A stretch of DNA of 64,000 bases from Candidatus Iainarchaeum sp. (GTDB lineage Archaea > Iainarchaeota > Iainarchaeia > Iainarchaeales > UBA10219), in the NCBI GenBank assembly GCA_018304425.1, contig JAGVWE010000002.1:224001-288000 (forward strand), in the 5' to 3' direction. Below the pieces are notes generated by a model. The model did no database searches. It was given only the letters and a program-made list of their open reading frames with translations, and had not been told where the DNA came from. Both the position numbers and the translations under genes were made by a program. Shown piece after piece: positions 29,903 through 39,729 of this stretch (position 1 is the stretch's first letter; each line of letters opens with the position of its first letter).

Positions 29903-31414
29903 ATGGCGAATGACAACAAGCTTATTTTTGTGGGCGTGCTGGCGGTGGTGCTGGTCGGGATACTGGCGGTGAACGGCTTTTTCGTGCCCGCTGACCGGTC
30001 GGTTACCGTGCCAAAGTACAACGTCAACGAATTCAGTTACACGGTTTCGGCGGAAAAGCCTTCCGCGGTCATCGCCAACTTCGCTGAAAGCGAGGCCAGC
30101 GGGGAAAAGACGGCCACCGAGTTAACGGTGTACAACCAGGACCTCGCCCTGATAAAGGAGCGGAGGACCCTGGACCTGAAAGCGGGCTTGAACCTCGTCA
30201 AGTACGAGGACGTCGCGAAACTGATTGACCCGTCCAGCGTCTTGTTCCGGGACCTGACATCCAACAGCACCTTCATCGCGGAACAGAACTACCAGTTCGA
30301 TACCGCGAACACCGCCAAGCTGCTGGAGAAGTACGTGGGAAAAGAGATAACGGTCAATGTGGCGAGGGGCGATGCCTCGGAAGAAGTCCGTGGAACCCTC
30401 ATCAGCCGGGAGGGAAACCTCATGCTGCAGACCCTGGAAGGCATTGAGAGCCTCAACAACGTGGAAAGCATGGTGTTCCCCTCGCTCCCCGAGGGCCTGC
30501 TCTCCAAGCCGACCCTCGTGTGGAAGGTTTACGCCAACGGCGCGGGTTCCAGGGAAACCGAGACGAGCTATTTGAGCCAGGGCTTCAACTGGAAAGCCGA
30601 TTACGTGGCCGAAGTCAACGAAGGCGAGACCCAGATGAACCTCAAGGGCTGGGCCACGGTAACCAATGCATCGGGCTCGAGTTACCCCAACGCGAAACTC
30701 AAACTGGTGGCCGGGGAAATCCACCGGGTCACGCCGCCCACCTATTACGGCGGCTATGAACGGGATTACGCGGCCAAGGGCATGGCCATGGAAGCCGCTG
30801 TTGCGCCCTCTCCCCAGGGGTTCGACCAGCGGGCGGTCTCCGAGTACTACGCCTACGGGTTGCGCGAGCCCACCAACGTGCTGGACAACGAGACCAAGCA
30901 GATTTCGTTGCTGGCAGCCGACCAAGTCAAGGTCCAAAAGGAGCTCGTGTACGACGGCCAATACAACGGGGAAAAAGTGCAGGCCAAGCTGAACTTCACC
31001 AACAAGAAGGAAGACGGCCTTGGCATGCCCCTACCCGCCGGAAAAGTGCGCGTCTACAAGCATGACTCGGACGGGCAAATGGTGTTCCTCGGTGAGGACT
31101 CCATCGACCACACCCCGGAAAACGTGGAACGGAAACTGTTCGTGGGCAGCGCCTTCGACGTCACCGGCGAACGCAAGCAAACCAACTACGAGGACCTGGG
31201 CAGGCGGAACCGGCAAACCTACGAGATAACCCTGAAGAACGCCAAAGACCAGGAAGCCGAGGTAGTCATCCTCGAGCACGCCTGGGGCGAGTGGAAACTG
31301 GTCTCGAACTCGGACCCCTACGAGAAAAAAGACAATAGCCAGTTCGAGTTCAAGGTCAGGGTGCCAGCCAAAGGCGAGAAGACGGTAACGTACACGATTG
31401 AATACAGCTACTGA
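29903..31414 (+). CDS. DUF4139-domain exported protein
   Basis: N-terminal TM, LTVYNQDLAL, SYL...WKADY, LGMPLPAGKVRVY and FLGEDSIDHTP. Confidence 0.8.
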   Translation: MANDNKLIFVGVLAVVLVGILAVNGFFVPADRSVTVPKYNVNEFSYTVSAEKPSAVIANFAESEASGEKTATELTVYNQDLALIKERRTLDLKAGLNLVKYEDVAKLIDPSSVLFRDLTSNSTFIAEQNYQFDTANTAKLLEKYVGKEITVNVARGDASEEVRGTLISREGNLMLQTLEGIESLNNVESMVFPSLPEGLLSKPTLVWKVYANGAGSRETETSYLSQGFNWKADYVAEVNEGETQMNLKGWATVTNASGSSYPNAKLKLVAGEIHRVTPPTYYGGYERDYAAKGMAMEAAVAPSPQGFDQRAVSEYYAYGLREPTNVLDNETKQISLLAADQVKVQKELVYDGQYNGEKVQAKLNFTNKKEDGLGMPLPAGKVRVYKHDSDGQMVFLGEDSIDHTPENVERKLFVGSAFDVTGERKQTNYEDLGRRNRQTYEITLKNAKDQEAEVVILEHAWGEWKLVSNSDPYEKKDNSQFEFKVRVPAKGEKTVTYTIEYSY

Positions 31415-31446
31415 CGGCGAAAGCCGCCAGCCTCTTTCTTTTTTTT
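31411..31446 (+). terminator. Hairpin plus T-tract between convergent genes
   Basis: CGGC-GAAA-GCCG followed by CTCTTTCTTTTTTT. Confidence 0.45.
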
Positions 31447-33260
31447 CAAACCGACGCGTAGTAGTAGTCGCCGCTGGCCTTTTGCTCGCGGTCCTTGACC
31501 GAGTCGGGTTTGTTGGCCCGCGGGCGACCGGTTACCTCGTCCCGGCGGTAGGTGATGCCGAGGTTCTTGAGGAACAAGTTCATGCCCTCCCGCATCGACG
31601 AAGGCTTCAAGGCATGGCCGTGCACGGCGGACTCGCCCTCGAAGACAATCAAGCGGTCGGAAACATAGTCCTGGAACAGGATGTCGTGGTCAACCACCAA
31701 CGCGACCTTCTTCTTCTTGTCGACCACGGAACGGATGCAGTCGGCCACGGCCAAACGGTCTTCGACGTCGATGAAGGCCGAGGGCTCGTCCAAGAGGAAG
31801 ACATCGGCTTCCTGGCAGAGCGACAAGGCAACCGAAACCTTTTGGAGTTCGCCGCCCGAAAGCGATTCAACCGCATGGTCCATCACGTCAACGATGCGGA
31901 GCTTCTTGTCGACTTCCGCGCCAAACAATTCCAGGTCAATGGGATACTTGTCGAAGAGCTCGCGCACGGTGAGCCCGGCCTCGGGGACGAGGTACTGGGG
32001 CTTGTAGGAAACCCTCAACTTCAAGTCGTGCACGCCCTCGTCAGGCTTCTCGAGGCCCGCCAAGAGCTTGACAAAGGTTGTTTTTCCGATGCCGTTGGGG
32101 CCGAGGACGCCGATGACCTCGCCCTCGCGGAGGTCGCCGCCCTCCGTGGAGAGCTTGAAGCCCTTGAACGACTTGTGCAGGGCCGGGAACTCGGCAATGA
32201 GCCGCCTCTTCTGCGTGTCATGGGGGGGCCGGACCTCGAACCGCAGTTCCCGGGCGCGGAACCGCAGGTTCTCGTCGGGAATGAAGCCCTGCAGGAACTC
32301 GTTGATGCCGTTCTTGCAGGTCTTGGGGTTTGAGACCACGCCATAGGTGCCCTTCTTGCCGAACAAGATGTGCACGTAGTCGGAGAGATAGTCCAGCACC
32401 GCGAGGTCGTGTTCGATGACCAGAACGGATTTGTTGTTGGCGGTAAGGCCCTTCAAGACCCGGGCCATCCGCAGGCGCTCCGAAACATCGAGGTAAGAGG
32501 AGGGCTCGTCAAAGGCGTAGAGGTCCGCGTCCTTCAACGCGGAAGCCGCGATGGCCACGCGCTGGAGTTCGCCGCCGCTCAACTGGCGGAGCTCGCGGTC
32601 CAGCACCTTGGATAGGTTCAGGCTCTCCACGACCGCCTCAAACTGCTTGCGCTCGTCAACTTTTCGGAGGAGGGCTTCGACCTTGCCCTTGACTACTTTT
32701 GGCAGGTCGTCCATGTTCTGTGGCTTGTAGGAAAACTTCAGGCCCCGGTCCCTGGCCTGCTTGAAGAATTCCTGGATTTCCTTGCCCCGGAAGTGCTCGA
32801 CGAGCTGGTCATAGGAAGCAGGCTTTGAGTAGTCCCCTAGGTTGGGCACCAGCTGGCCGGCCAACGCCCTGAGCACCGTGGTTTTGCCGATGCCGTTCAC
32901 GCCGATGAGCCCGACCACGGAACCCGGGCGCGGATAGGGCAGGCGGTAGACGCGAAAGGAGTTCACCCCATACTGGTGGATGGGTTCGTCGAGTTTCGCG
33001 GTCAGGGAAACGATGCTGATGGCGTGGAAGGGGCACTTGATCACGCACAACTGGCAGTCGATGCACAGCGCCTCGGAGATGACGGGTTTTTGCTCGGGCT
33101 CGTGGGCAATGCATTTCTTGTCCATGCGGTTCACGGGGCAAACCCGCTCGCACAGGTAGCCCCCGCAGCCCACGGGATTGCACAAGTCGTAGTCGATGAC
33201 GGCAATGCGAATCTGCTGTTGCTCGGCGCGTTTGGCGGCGGCAAGCGGTTTCTCGGCCAT
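31446..33260 (-). CDS. ABCE1/RLI ribosome recycling ATPase
   Basis: N-terminal 2x[4Fe-4S] Cys cluster, two ABC domains (LSGGELQ) and GRPRANK. Confidence 0.96.
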   Translation of the reverse strand: MAEKPLAAAKRAEQQQIRIAVIDYDLCNPVGCGGYLCERVCPVNRMDKKCIAHEPEQKPVISEALCIDCQLCVIKCPFHAISIVSLTAKLDEPIHQYGVNSFRVYRLPYPRPGSVVGLIGVNGIGKTTVLRALAGQLVPNLGDYSKPASYDQLVEHFRGKEIQEFFKQARDRGLKFSYKPQNMDDLPKVVKGKVEALLRKVDERKQFEAVVESLNLSKVLDRELRQLSGGELQRVAIAASALKDADLYAFDEPSSYLDVSERLRMARVLKGLTANNKSVLVIEHDLAVLDYLSDYVHILFGKKGTYGVVSNPKTCKNGINEFLQGFIPDENLRFRARELRFEVRPPHDTQKRRLIAEFPALHKSFKGFKLSTEGGDLREGEVIGVLGPNGIGKTTFVKLLAGLEKPDEGVHDLKLRVSYKPQYLVPEAGLTVRELFDKYPIDLELFGAEVDKKLRIVDVMDHAVESLSGGELQKVSVALSLCQEADVFLLDEPSAFIDVEDRLAVADCIRSVVDKKKKVALVVDHDILFQDYVSDRLIVFEGESAVHGHALKPSSMREGMNLFLKNLGITYRRDEVTGRPRANKPDSVKDREQKASGDYYYASV

Positions 33261-33307
33261 ACGCAGTTTGTGCGGCGCAACGCTTTTATAGGAGTTCGCG
33301 CTTAAGT

Positions 33308-33700
33308 ATGCCCGACACGGACCTTAAAATGTCGACGGACGCAAAACTGGTTTCACTGGCCGGAGTCATCTTGTTCGCGGTCGGAAGCATCCTTCCCTGG
33401 GCGAGCATGGGCGCTGGAAAAAACCTGGCGGGTTTCAGCACGCCCGTTTTTCCCCTCGCGGCCCTGTTGACCGCGGCGGCCGTGGCCGGCGTGAACACGG
33501 AGTTCAAGTTCAGCGGCGGCATCTCCTTGGCTGCCTCCGTGCTTTCCCTGGCCGTGGTGTTGTACACGTTTTTCACGGCCAGCAACCTCGTGCAGGCAGC
33601 CAATGGGGTGACGACCAGCACGGAGTACGGGTTGATGATTTCCTTGCTGGGCAGCATCGCGGTCTGCATTTCCGCGGTCATGGGCAAGGACCGCTATTAG
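33308..33700 (+). CDS. Hypothetical membrane protein
   Basis: Four hydrophobic segments and an LPW motif. Confidence 0.65.
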   Translation: MPDTDLKMSTDAKLVSLAGVILFAVGSILPWASMGAGKNLAGFSTPVFPLAALLTAAAVAGVNTEFKFSGGISLAASVLSLAVVLYTFFTASNLVQAANGVTTSTEYGLMISLLGSIAVCISAVMGKDRY

Positions 33701-33736
33701 CAGCCTTTAAATACTTCTTGGCCAATAAAGCGGTAT

Positions 33737-34777
33737 ATGCGCATCCTCAAGGTGGACCAGCGGAACCACTATTTCGAGGTCATCCCCGAGAACACGGAGG
33801 ACCTGTGGCACCTCGAAAAGGTCATCGAAAAGGGAGACGTCGTCAGCGGCAGCTCCACGCGCAAAATCAAGGGCAAAAGCGAGGGCGAGAAGGCCGAACG
33901 CTTGAACGTCTTCGTCGAGGTGCAGGCCGAGAACGTGGAGTTCCACGAGTTTTCCGGGCAGCTCCGCGTGAACGGCCTGGTCGTGAGCGGCAAGCCCGAG
34001 GAATACGTGGAATTGAAGAGCTTTCACGCCCTGGAAGTGGAGCCAGGCAAGAAAATCGGCGTCAAAAAGCAGGCCCTCAAGCACTGGCAGATTGAAAGAT
34101 TGGAGCAGGCCAAGAAGTCGAGTGCCCGCGAAAAACTGTTGGCGATAGTCCTCGACGACGAGGCCGCGGAGCTGGCCCTGGTCAAGGAAACCGGGTTCGA
34201 CGTGAAAGCCAAGGTCTTCTCCGGAAAGGAAGGAAAGCAGTTCGGCGGTGGAGGCGACCCCAAAAAGTACTTTGAGGAAATCGCGAGGAAGGCGCTGGAC
34301 CTGAAGCCCGAGAAGGTGCTGGTGGCCGGACCCGGCTTCACGAAGGAAGCGTTCAAGAAGTTCCTGGCCGAGAAGCGGTTGAAGCTCGAAGCGGTTTACG
34401 AGTCCACGAACTCCGTGGGGGAAACGGGTTTGAACGAGCTGCTCCGCGAAGGCAAACTCGAAAAAGTCGCCCAAGAAATAGGCTTGACCCGGGAAACAAA
34501 GGCAGTGGAAGAGTTCTTGATGCACGTGGGCAAGAATGATGGCCTCGCCGAATACGGGTTGAAAGAGGTTGGGGCGGCGCTCCAAGCGGGAGCCGTTGAA
34601 CGGCTGCTGGTCGCCGAGGAAACGCTGTTCGGGAACCGCGCCGCCGTCGAGGCCTTGATGGACGCGGCCGACCGCCAACGGGTGGAAGTCAAGGTCATTG
34701 GCTCCCAACACGAGGCCGGACGCAAGCTACAAGGCCTCGGAGGGGTGGCGGCGGTGCTCCGGTACAAGAGGAGATGA
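33737..34777 (+). CDS. pelA: Pelota (aPelota) ribosome rescue factor
   Basis: EDLWHL, LRVNG, AGPGFTK and LGGVAAVLRY motifs. Confidence 0.95.
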   Translation: MRILKVDQRNHYFEVIPENTEDLWHLEKVIEKGDVVSGSSTRKIKGKSEGEKAERLNVFVEVQAENVEFHEFSGQLRVNGLVVSGKPEEYVELKSFHALEVEPGKKIGVKKQALKHWQIERLEQAKKSSAREKLLAIVLDDEAAELALVKETGFDVKAKVFSGKEGKQFGGGGDPKKYFEEIARKALDLKPEKVLVAGPGFTKEAFKKFLAEKRLKLEAVYESTNSVGETGLNELLREGKLEKVAQEIGLTRETKAVEEFLMHVGKNDGLAEYGLKEVGAALQAGAVERLLVAEETLFGNRAAVEALMDAADRQRVEVKVIGSQHEAGRKLQGLGGVAAVLRYKRR

Positions 34778-34783
34778 GCCGCC

Positions 34784-35458
34784 ATGAGGCTTCGCAGTCT
34801 GCCGAACTGCATCCCCGAGCACGGGCTCGCGCTGCACGGCACCCTTTATAAGAAAGCGCAAAGAATTCGAAAAACAGGCCTGCAGGGCTTGGGCTATATC
34901 TGCCCGCTCCCCCCTTGGCAGGCGCAGGTCTTCGAGGGCATCGGGCAACGAGAAGCGATCTCCCGGATTATCGGCAGCGTCCTTTTTGCTCAAAAATTTG
35001 GGTCAGGCGAGGAATTGGGGCGACGCAACCTTTCGAGAGGAAATCTCCCCGCGGTCGTCATATTCAGAGGTGCGAAGCCACTTGGTCTCGTCGGCACCGC
35101 GCCCTTGAGCGATTTCCAGCGGCATGCAGTCAGATTCGGTGGCAAGGGATACGACGATGATATGGTCCAACGGAGAAGGAAGCCGCCCTTCAAGAGCTAT
35201 ATCTCCTTCGGCAAGACCCCAGTCGGCTACATCTCGGCCGAACAGGTCGCTGCCATCGCACGTGTCACACCGGCCGAATATCTCCAGCTCAGGCGCAAGG
35301 TCATCAACCGGATACGCCGGATGGGGGTGGCGATGACGCGGCCGCTCCTCCATAACCACCTGGAGTCGGAGGTCCACAGCCTCCTCACGCGCAAGACGCT
35401 GAAGCTCCTCCATGAAGAGAGCCAAAAAGGCGAGGCTAGGCCTAAACCGCTCACTTAA
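34784..35458 (+). CDS. Basic orphan protein with an N-terminal ADP-ribosyltransferase-like HGT motif
   Basis: LALHGT...AQRIRKTGL. Confidence 0.45.
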   Translation: MRLRSLPNCIPEHGLALHGTLYKKAQRIRKTGLQGLGYICPLPPWQAQVFEGIGQREAISRIIGSVLFAQKFGSGEELGRRNLSRGNLPAVVIFRGAKPLGLVGTAPLSDFQRHAVRFGGKGYDDDMVQRRRKPPFKSYISFGKTPVGYISAEQVAAIARVTPAEYLQLRRKVINRIRRMGVAMTRPLLHNHLESEVHSLLTRKTLKLLHEESQKGEARPKPLT

Positions 35459-35741
35459 TCCGGTATTCGAGCCAGTCCACGGCCTTGGCCTCGACCAATT
35501 CCTTGACGCGTTTCTGTTTGTCGGAGAGCTGGGAGGAAGCGGCCTTGAACTCGCAGAACACGATTTTGTCGTCCGCGAAGACCAGGCCGTCGATGGGCGT
35601 GCCGATGAAACGGAACTGCTCTGGCGAATAGGGAAAGTCCTTGGTGAAGGGAATCCATTGCTCGGTCAGCTTCCCGTACTTCACGGACTGGCTGGACTTG
35701 CTGAAAGACAACTCGGCGAGCTCGGACTGCGTGAAATCCAT
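35451..35741 (-). CDS. Holliday-junction-resolvase-like PD-(D/E)xK endonuclease (Endonuc_Holl type)
   Basis: SQSVKYGKLTEQWIPF, FRFIGTPIDGLVF and FCEFK. Confidence 0.8.
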   Translation of the reverse strand: MDFTQSELAELSFSKSSQSVKYGKLTEQWIPFTKDFPYSPEQFRFIGTPIDGLVFADDKIVFCEFKAASSQLSDKQKRVKELVEAKAVDWLEYRIK

Positions 35742-35760
35742 TCAAGCCACTTAACCGGAC

Positions 35761-36108
35761 TTAGAAATACTTGGTTCCGTCGCCGGTTAGGACGACGAAC
35801 TCGTACTTGGAGGCCTTTTCCTTGAGCGCGGCAATCAACGCCATGTGCTCCTTGCCCGAACCCGAAATCAGGGAAACCGCTATCTCGCCCTCGGGCAGCT
35901 TTTCCTTGATGGTGTCCTTGAGGATTTCAAAGCCCGCCCGGTTGTTGATCAAAATCCACTCGGCTTCCTTGGAGGGCGCGAAGTTCTGCTGGCCCCACTC
36001 GTTGGAAATCAAGAGAATCTTGTCCCACTCGGTTTCCGCAATCAACCGCGCCACGTGGCCCCAGGTGCCCTTGCCGATGCCGAGCACCGCCATCAACGAT
36101 TTACCCAT
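35761..36108 (-). CDS. Small stand-alone CARF-like Rossmann-fold protein
   Basis: N-terminal strand plus GKGTW; IAVSLISGSGKEHMAL resembles the CARF (S/T)GGxK motif. Confidence 0.5.
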   Translation of the reverse strand: MGKSLMAVLGIGKGTWGHVARLIAETEWDKILLISNEWGQQNFAPSKEAEWILINNRAGFEILKDTIKEKLPEGEIAVSLISGSGKEHMALIAALKEKASKYEFVVLTGDGTKYF

Positions 36109-36111
36109 ATT

Positions 36112-36129
36112 TTATACTATTCAGTATAA
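36112..36129. promoter_or_regulatory. Palindromic operator candidate upstream of the CARF-like gene
   Basis: TTATACT-N4-AGTATAA lies between the TATA-like TTTATTAA and ATG 36108. Confidence 0.45.
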
Positions 36130-36208
36130 TACTTAATAAAACGAATCCAAGGACCCCGGTAAACGCTCTCGAAGCCGCACCCCCAAGGCCTCGCCTATAA
36201 GGCCTCGC

Positions 36209-37789
36209 CTACAAGGCTCGGGAGACATAGGGGCCCTCGTTGTGGTAGCCGAGTTGCTTGCGGTAGTAAGCGCGGACGCCGAGACCGGCAAGGACCCCCA
36301 GCTTTTCCATGCCCTGCTCGCGTGCCAGGTCAGCGGCCTTCTCCATGAGGGTGCGACCAAAACCCCGGTGCTGGAACTCGAAGTCGGCCGGCTGGTCCTC
36401 CAAGGGAACGACGTGCGAGTAGACATGGAGTTCGCGCACGAGCCCCGTGGATTTCGAGACTTCCTTTCGGAATGGCCTGAATGGAATGCGGAGGCGCACG
36501 AAACCATAGAGCGCGTCAGTGGCGGGGTCGATGAGGGAAATGAAGTGTTCGCGGCCGCCGCTCGCCTCATAGGCGTGGGTCTCGAAGACCGCCTTCGCTG
36601 GGTTGAGGCGCACCCCTTTCTTGTGCGCGAACAAGCCAGCCTCCCGGCAGCGAATGCACTGGCAGCGGATGCCCTTCGCCCGGCACTCGGCTTCGACGAG
36701 CTGCCGCAGGTTGGTGTTCGAGACCCCCCCCGCAACCAACGTGGAAGGGATATCGCGGTTGACGCGCATGACGCGCACGTATTTGGGGATGAACCGCTTC
36801 ATTTCCGCGATTTCCTCGGCGGCCTGCTCGCTGGACAGGGGCTGGAACTTCCCCTGCTTCCATTGGCGATAGAGCGGGGTGCCGGGAATCACGAGACAGG
36901 GATAGAATTTCAGCATGTCCGGGCGAAAAGAGGAGTCATCGAACAAGCGCTGGAAGTCGGCAAGGTCGCCTTCCCGCGTGGAACCGGGTTGGCCCGGCAT
37001 CCAATGGTAGACCATCTTGAAACAGGTGTCACGCAGCCTTTGCGTGGCCAGGGCCACGTCCTGCACGGAGTGGCCGCGCGCGGTCTTCCGGTAAATGGAT
37101 TCGTCCAGGGTCTGCACGCCGAGCTCCACGCGCGTGGCCCCAAGAGAGAGGAGGCGGTTGATTTCCGTTGACCCACACCAGTCCGGCCGGGTTTCAATCG
37201 TCAAGCCAACGACGCGGTGCCTGGCGGTCTCGCACGCCTTCTTGGCGCGGGCCAGGGAGGGAAGGGTTTTGCCACAGACGCCGTCCAGCATGCGTTTCAC
37301 GGAATACTTTTGCTGGGGCCAGGGCAGCGAGGGAAACGTGCCTCCCTGCACGATGAGCTCGATTTTGTCCGCGTTGTGCCCGATGGCCTCGAATTGGTGG
37401 ATGCGGTTTTCGACGATGGCGTAGGGGTTGTAGTGGAGGCGAATGGCCCGCATCGTGGAAGGCTCGTGGCCCGTGTAACTCTTCGGGGTTTCCACGCCGA
37501 TGCCGCTCGGGCAATAGGTGCAATGGGCAGGGCAGGGCGCGGGCTTGGACATCACCGCGACGACCGCGACGCCCGAGAGGTTGCGCACAGGCTTGATGGA
37601 GAGGAGCCGGCGGACGCGCTCGGAAGGGTGTTTTGCGAACGCCAGCAGGTCGGGGTCGGTGGGAAAGGACTCCAGCTTGAGTTCCGTGCAGAGCCGGGCC
37701 TTGAGGCTGCTCAACTCGTCCTTGGAGTTGACTTCGCCGGAGTCGATGGCCGCGATGACCTTTTGCGCGTAGACTTGCAGGGACGCCAT
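36209..37789 (-). CDS. elp3: Elp3 tRNA U34 acetyltransferase (radical SAM + KAT)
   Basis: SGVAVVAVM, CPAHCTYCP, KSYTG, IETRPD, RELHVY and QHRGFG. Confidence 0.95.
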   Translation of the reverse strand: MASLQVYAQKVIAAIDSGEVNSKDELSSLKARLCTELKLESFPTDPDLLAFAKHPSERVRRLLSIKPVRNLSGVAVVAVMSKPAPCPAHCTYCPSGIGVETPKSYTGHEPSTMRAIRLHYNPYAIVENRIHQFEAIGHNADKIELIVQGGTFPSLPWPQQKYSVKRMLDGVCGKTLPSLARAKKACETARHRVVGLTIETRPDWCGSTEINRLLSLGATRVELGVQTLDESIYRKTARGHSVQDVALATQRLRDTCFKMVYHWMPGQPGSTREGDLADFQRLFDDSSFRPDMLKFYPCLVIPGTPLYRQWKQGKFQPLSSEQAAEEIAEMKRFIPKYVRVMRVNRDIPSTLVAGGVSNTNLRQLVEAECRAKGIRCQCIRCREAGLFAHKKGVRLNPAKAVFETHAYEASGGREHFISLIDPATDALYGFVRLRIPFRPFRKEVSKSTGLVRELHVYSHVVPLEDQPADFEFQHRGFGRTLMEKAADLAREQGMEKLGVLAGLGVRAYYRKQLGYHNEGPYVSRAL

Positions 37790-37832
37790 GAAAGGAAAGG
37801 GCCTGGGATGGCTTTTAAAGCCTCTGTTGGGC

Positions 37833-38633
37833 TTATGGCAGGAACGGGGCCAGCAACGCGTTCAAGAAGTAGAAAGGCGCCAGGGAATAGGTGTAGAAGG
37901 GGAAGCCATAGCTCGCGGCTTCTAGTTTTCCTTGGAGGGTGGGCCGGACTTCGAGGACGGCGTCAAAGCGGTTGACGGGCTGGCTGGAGACCAGGGAGCG
38001 GACGGAAAACGAGAAGGGCGCGCGGGAGGCAACAACGGGATGCACTGTCAACGTGTAGTCCAGGGTCGAGCGGGGCTTGAGCGAGAGCTGCACGGGCTTG
38101 AACCAGTTCAAGCCCAGGGTGGACTCGACGGAAACCGAGTGCACGGCAATCGAGTCGTTGAGGAGCGAGAGCTTGAAGGAAACCGGCTGGTCTTGGGCGG
38201 TCAAGCGCTTGAGGTTCGCGATGTTGGCCTTCACCAAACCCCTTTCCACTTGGATGAGGGCGTCGAAGACCTCGTTGGAATAGTCTTCGCTGCCGCTCAA
38301 GAGCTTGACGCGGAACGAGTACTCGCCCGGCAAAGCCGTCAAGGGAACGAATATTTTTACCAAAAAGTTTTTGCCAACCAAGCCGGAGTCCTCGGCGCGC
38401 CAGCCGACGGGAAGGAACCTGGGTTCGACGATGGCCTGCTTCCAGGGAACGGATTCCGGGCCCGTGGAACGGGAGACAATGAGTTCCAGGGTTTCCCCGG
38501 CCTGGAGGCTGCCCAGGGCCACGGTTTCCTGGTGCGAGGCCTTGTACTCGACGGGGCTGACCAAGCCGATTTCAGCGGAAACCAGGGCGGACAAGAGGAT
38601 AAACGTGAGCGGAAAAACAAGCTTTTTAAGCAT
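37833..38633 (-). CDS. Hypothetical exported protein with beta-rich domains and a hydrophobic C-terminus
   Basis: Signal peptide MLKKLVFPLTFILLSALVSA. Confidence 0.65.
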   Translation of the reverse strand: MLKKLVFPLTFILLSALVSAEIGLVSPVEYKASHQETVALGSLQAGETLELIVSRSTGPESVPWKQAIVEPRFLPVGWRAEDSGLVGKNFLVKIFVPLTALPGEYSFRVKLLSGSEDYSNEVFDALIQVERGLVKANIANLKRLTAQDQPVSFKLSLLNDSIAVHSVSVESTLGLNWFKPVQLSLKPRSTLDYTLTVHPVVASRAPFSFSVRSLVSSQPVNRFDAVLEVRPTLQGKLEAASYGFPFYTYSLAPFYFLNALLAPFLP

Positions 38634-38682
38634 GGCTTGAACCCATTATATACGCACTAAAGTGGATTAAAAGGTGATGGTT

Positions 38683-39099
38683 ATGCCGACGCGAACCCCG
38701 AGACCGGAGCGGTTTCCCGTCCATCGCGGCAAAGCGATTCCAGGGTGGGGGCCGAAAAAGATTCTGGGCCTGCTAGGGGCACGGGAAAAACCCCACAGGC
38801 TGGTTTTTTCCGGAAACGGGTTCACGTGGGAGGGCAGGGGCTCGCTGGCCCGGCCAACCATTGAACCCTTGTCTTTTTGGGTGGAAGACGGGCGAGGCCG
38901 GACCCACCTTTGCAGCGTGCAGCCGCGCTTCCCAACCGAAGAAGAAGCCAGGCAGGGAAGGAAGGAAGTGATTGGAGGGCAAACATTTTTTGTTTACCCC
39001 TGCAATTTAGCCGTTTCCACGATGATGGGCAAGAGGGAGCGAAGGATTGGATTAGTCCGGTTTGAGGTTGCGACCCCAATGCCAATCCAAGAGGGGTAG
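38683..39099 (+). CDS. Basic orphan protein
   Basis: AGGTGA RBS; Arg/Pro-rich N-terminus; fills the gap before taw3. Confidence 0.5.
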   Translation: MPTRTPRPERFPVHRGKAIPGWGPKKILGLLGAREKPHRLVFSGNGFTWEGRGSLARPTIEPLSFWVEDGRGRTHLCSVQPRFPTEEEARQGRKEVIGGQTFFVYPCNLAVSTMMGKRERRIGLVRFEVATPMPIQEG

Positions 39100-39120
39100 C
39101 CCTGCAGTGAAGGTGAATGC

Positions 39121-39729
39121 ATGCACGCCGACGAAAATGATTTCAAGGGCGAGCGCTTCCACATGATTAAAGAACGCCATAAGGGCACTTTCGAGAAGGC
39201 GCTGGGCGAGGGCAAGGTGGATCCCCAGATGAAGAGCCTCTGCCGGTTCGTTGCAGGCACCATGGACTACTTCACGTCCAGTTGTTGTTCGGGGAGAATC
39301 ATGCTCATCGACTTGCCCAAGGGCGAGGACAAGCTGGGCAGCCGGTTCCACCGGAAATGGCACCGCACTGTGGCCTTCAATGAGTTGTGGGTGGGCTTGA
39401 ACGACGAGAGCCAGGGCGAGGTCTGGTTCAAGCAGGAGCCCTTCATCCTCCACATTGGCTGCCCTGACCTGGAACGCGCGCAAAAGGTCTTGCAAGCCAT
39501 GAAGAAGACCGGCCTCAAGCGGGGCGGCATCATGTTTGCGGCCGAAGGCAAGTGGATGCTCGAGTTGATGGGCACGCAGAACCTGGCCGTGCCGGTCAAG
39601 AAGGGGGCGAAGGTCTTGATTGAGCGGGACTACTTGAAGCACCTCCTCCAGCGCGCCAACGAGAAGCTCAAGAAGAACTACGCCTTGCTGAAAAAGTTCG
39701 AGAAAAACTGTAGGAGGCTCCTCGAGTGA
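39121..39729 (+). CDS. taw3: tRNA wyosine methyltransferase Taw3/Tyw3
   Basis: YFTSSCCSGRI, KWH and EPFILH motifs. Confidence 0.88.
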   Translation: MHADENDFKGERFHMIKERHKGTFEKALGEGKVDPQMKSLCRFVAGTMDYFTSSCCSGRIMLIDLPKGEDKLGSRFHRKWHRTVAFNELWVGLNDESQGEVWFKQEPFILHIGCPDLERAQKVLQAMKKTGLKRGGIMFAAEGKWMLELMGTQNLAVPVKKGAKVLIERDYLKHLLQRANEKLKKNYALLKKFEKNCRRLLE

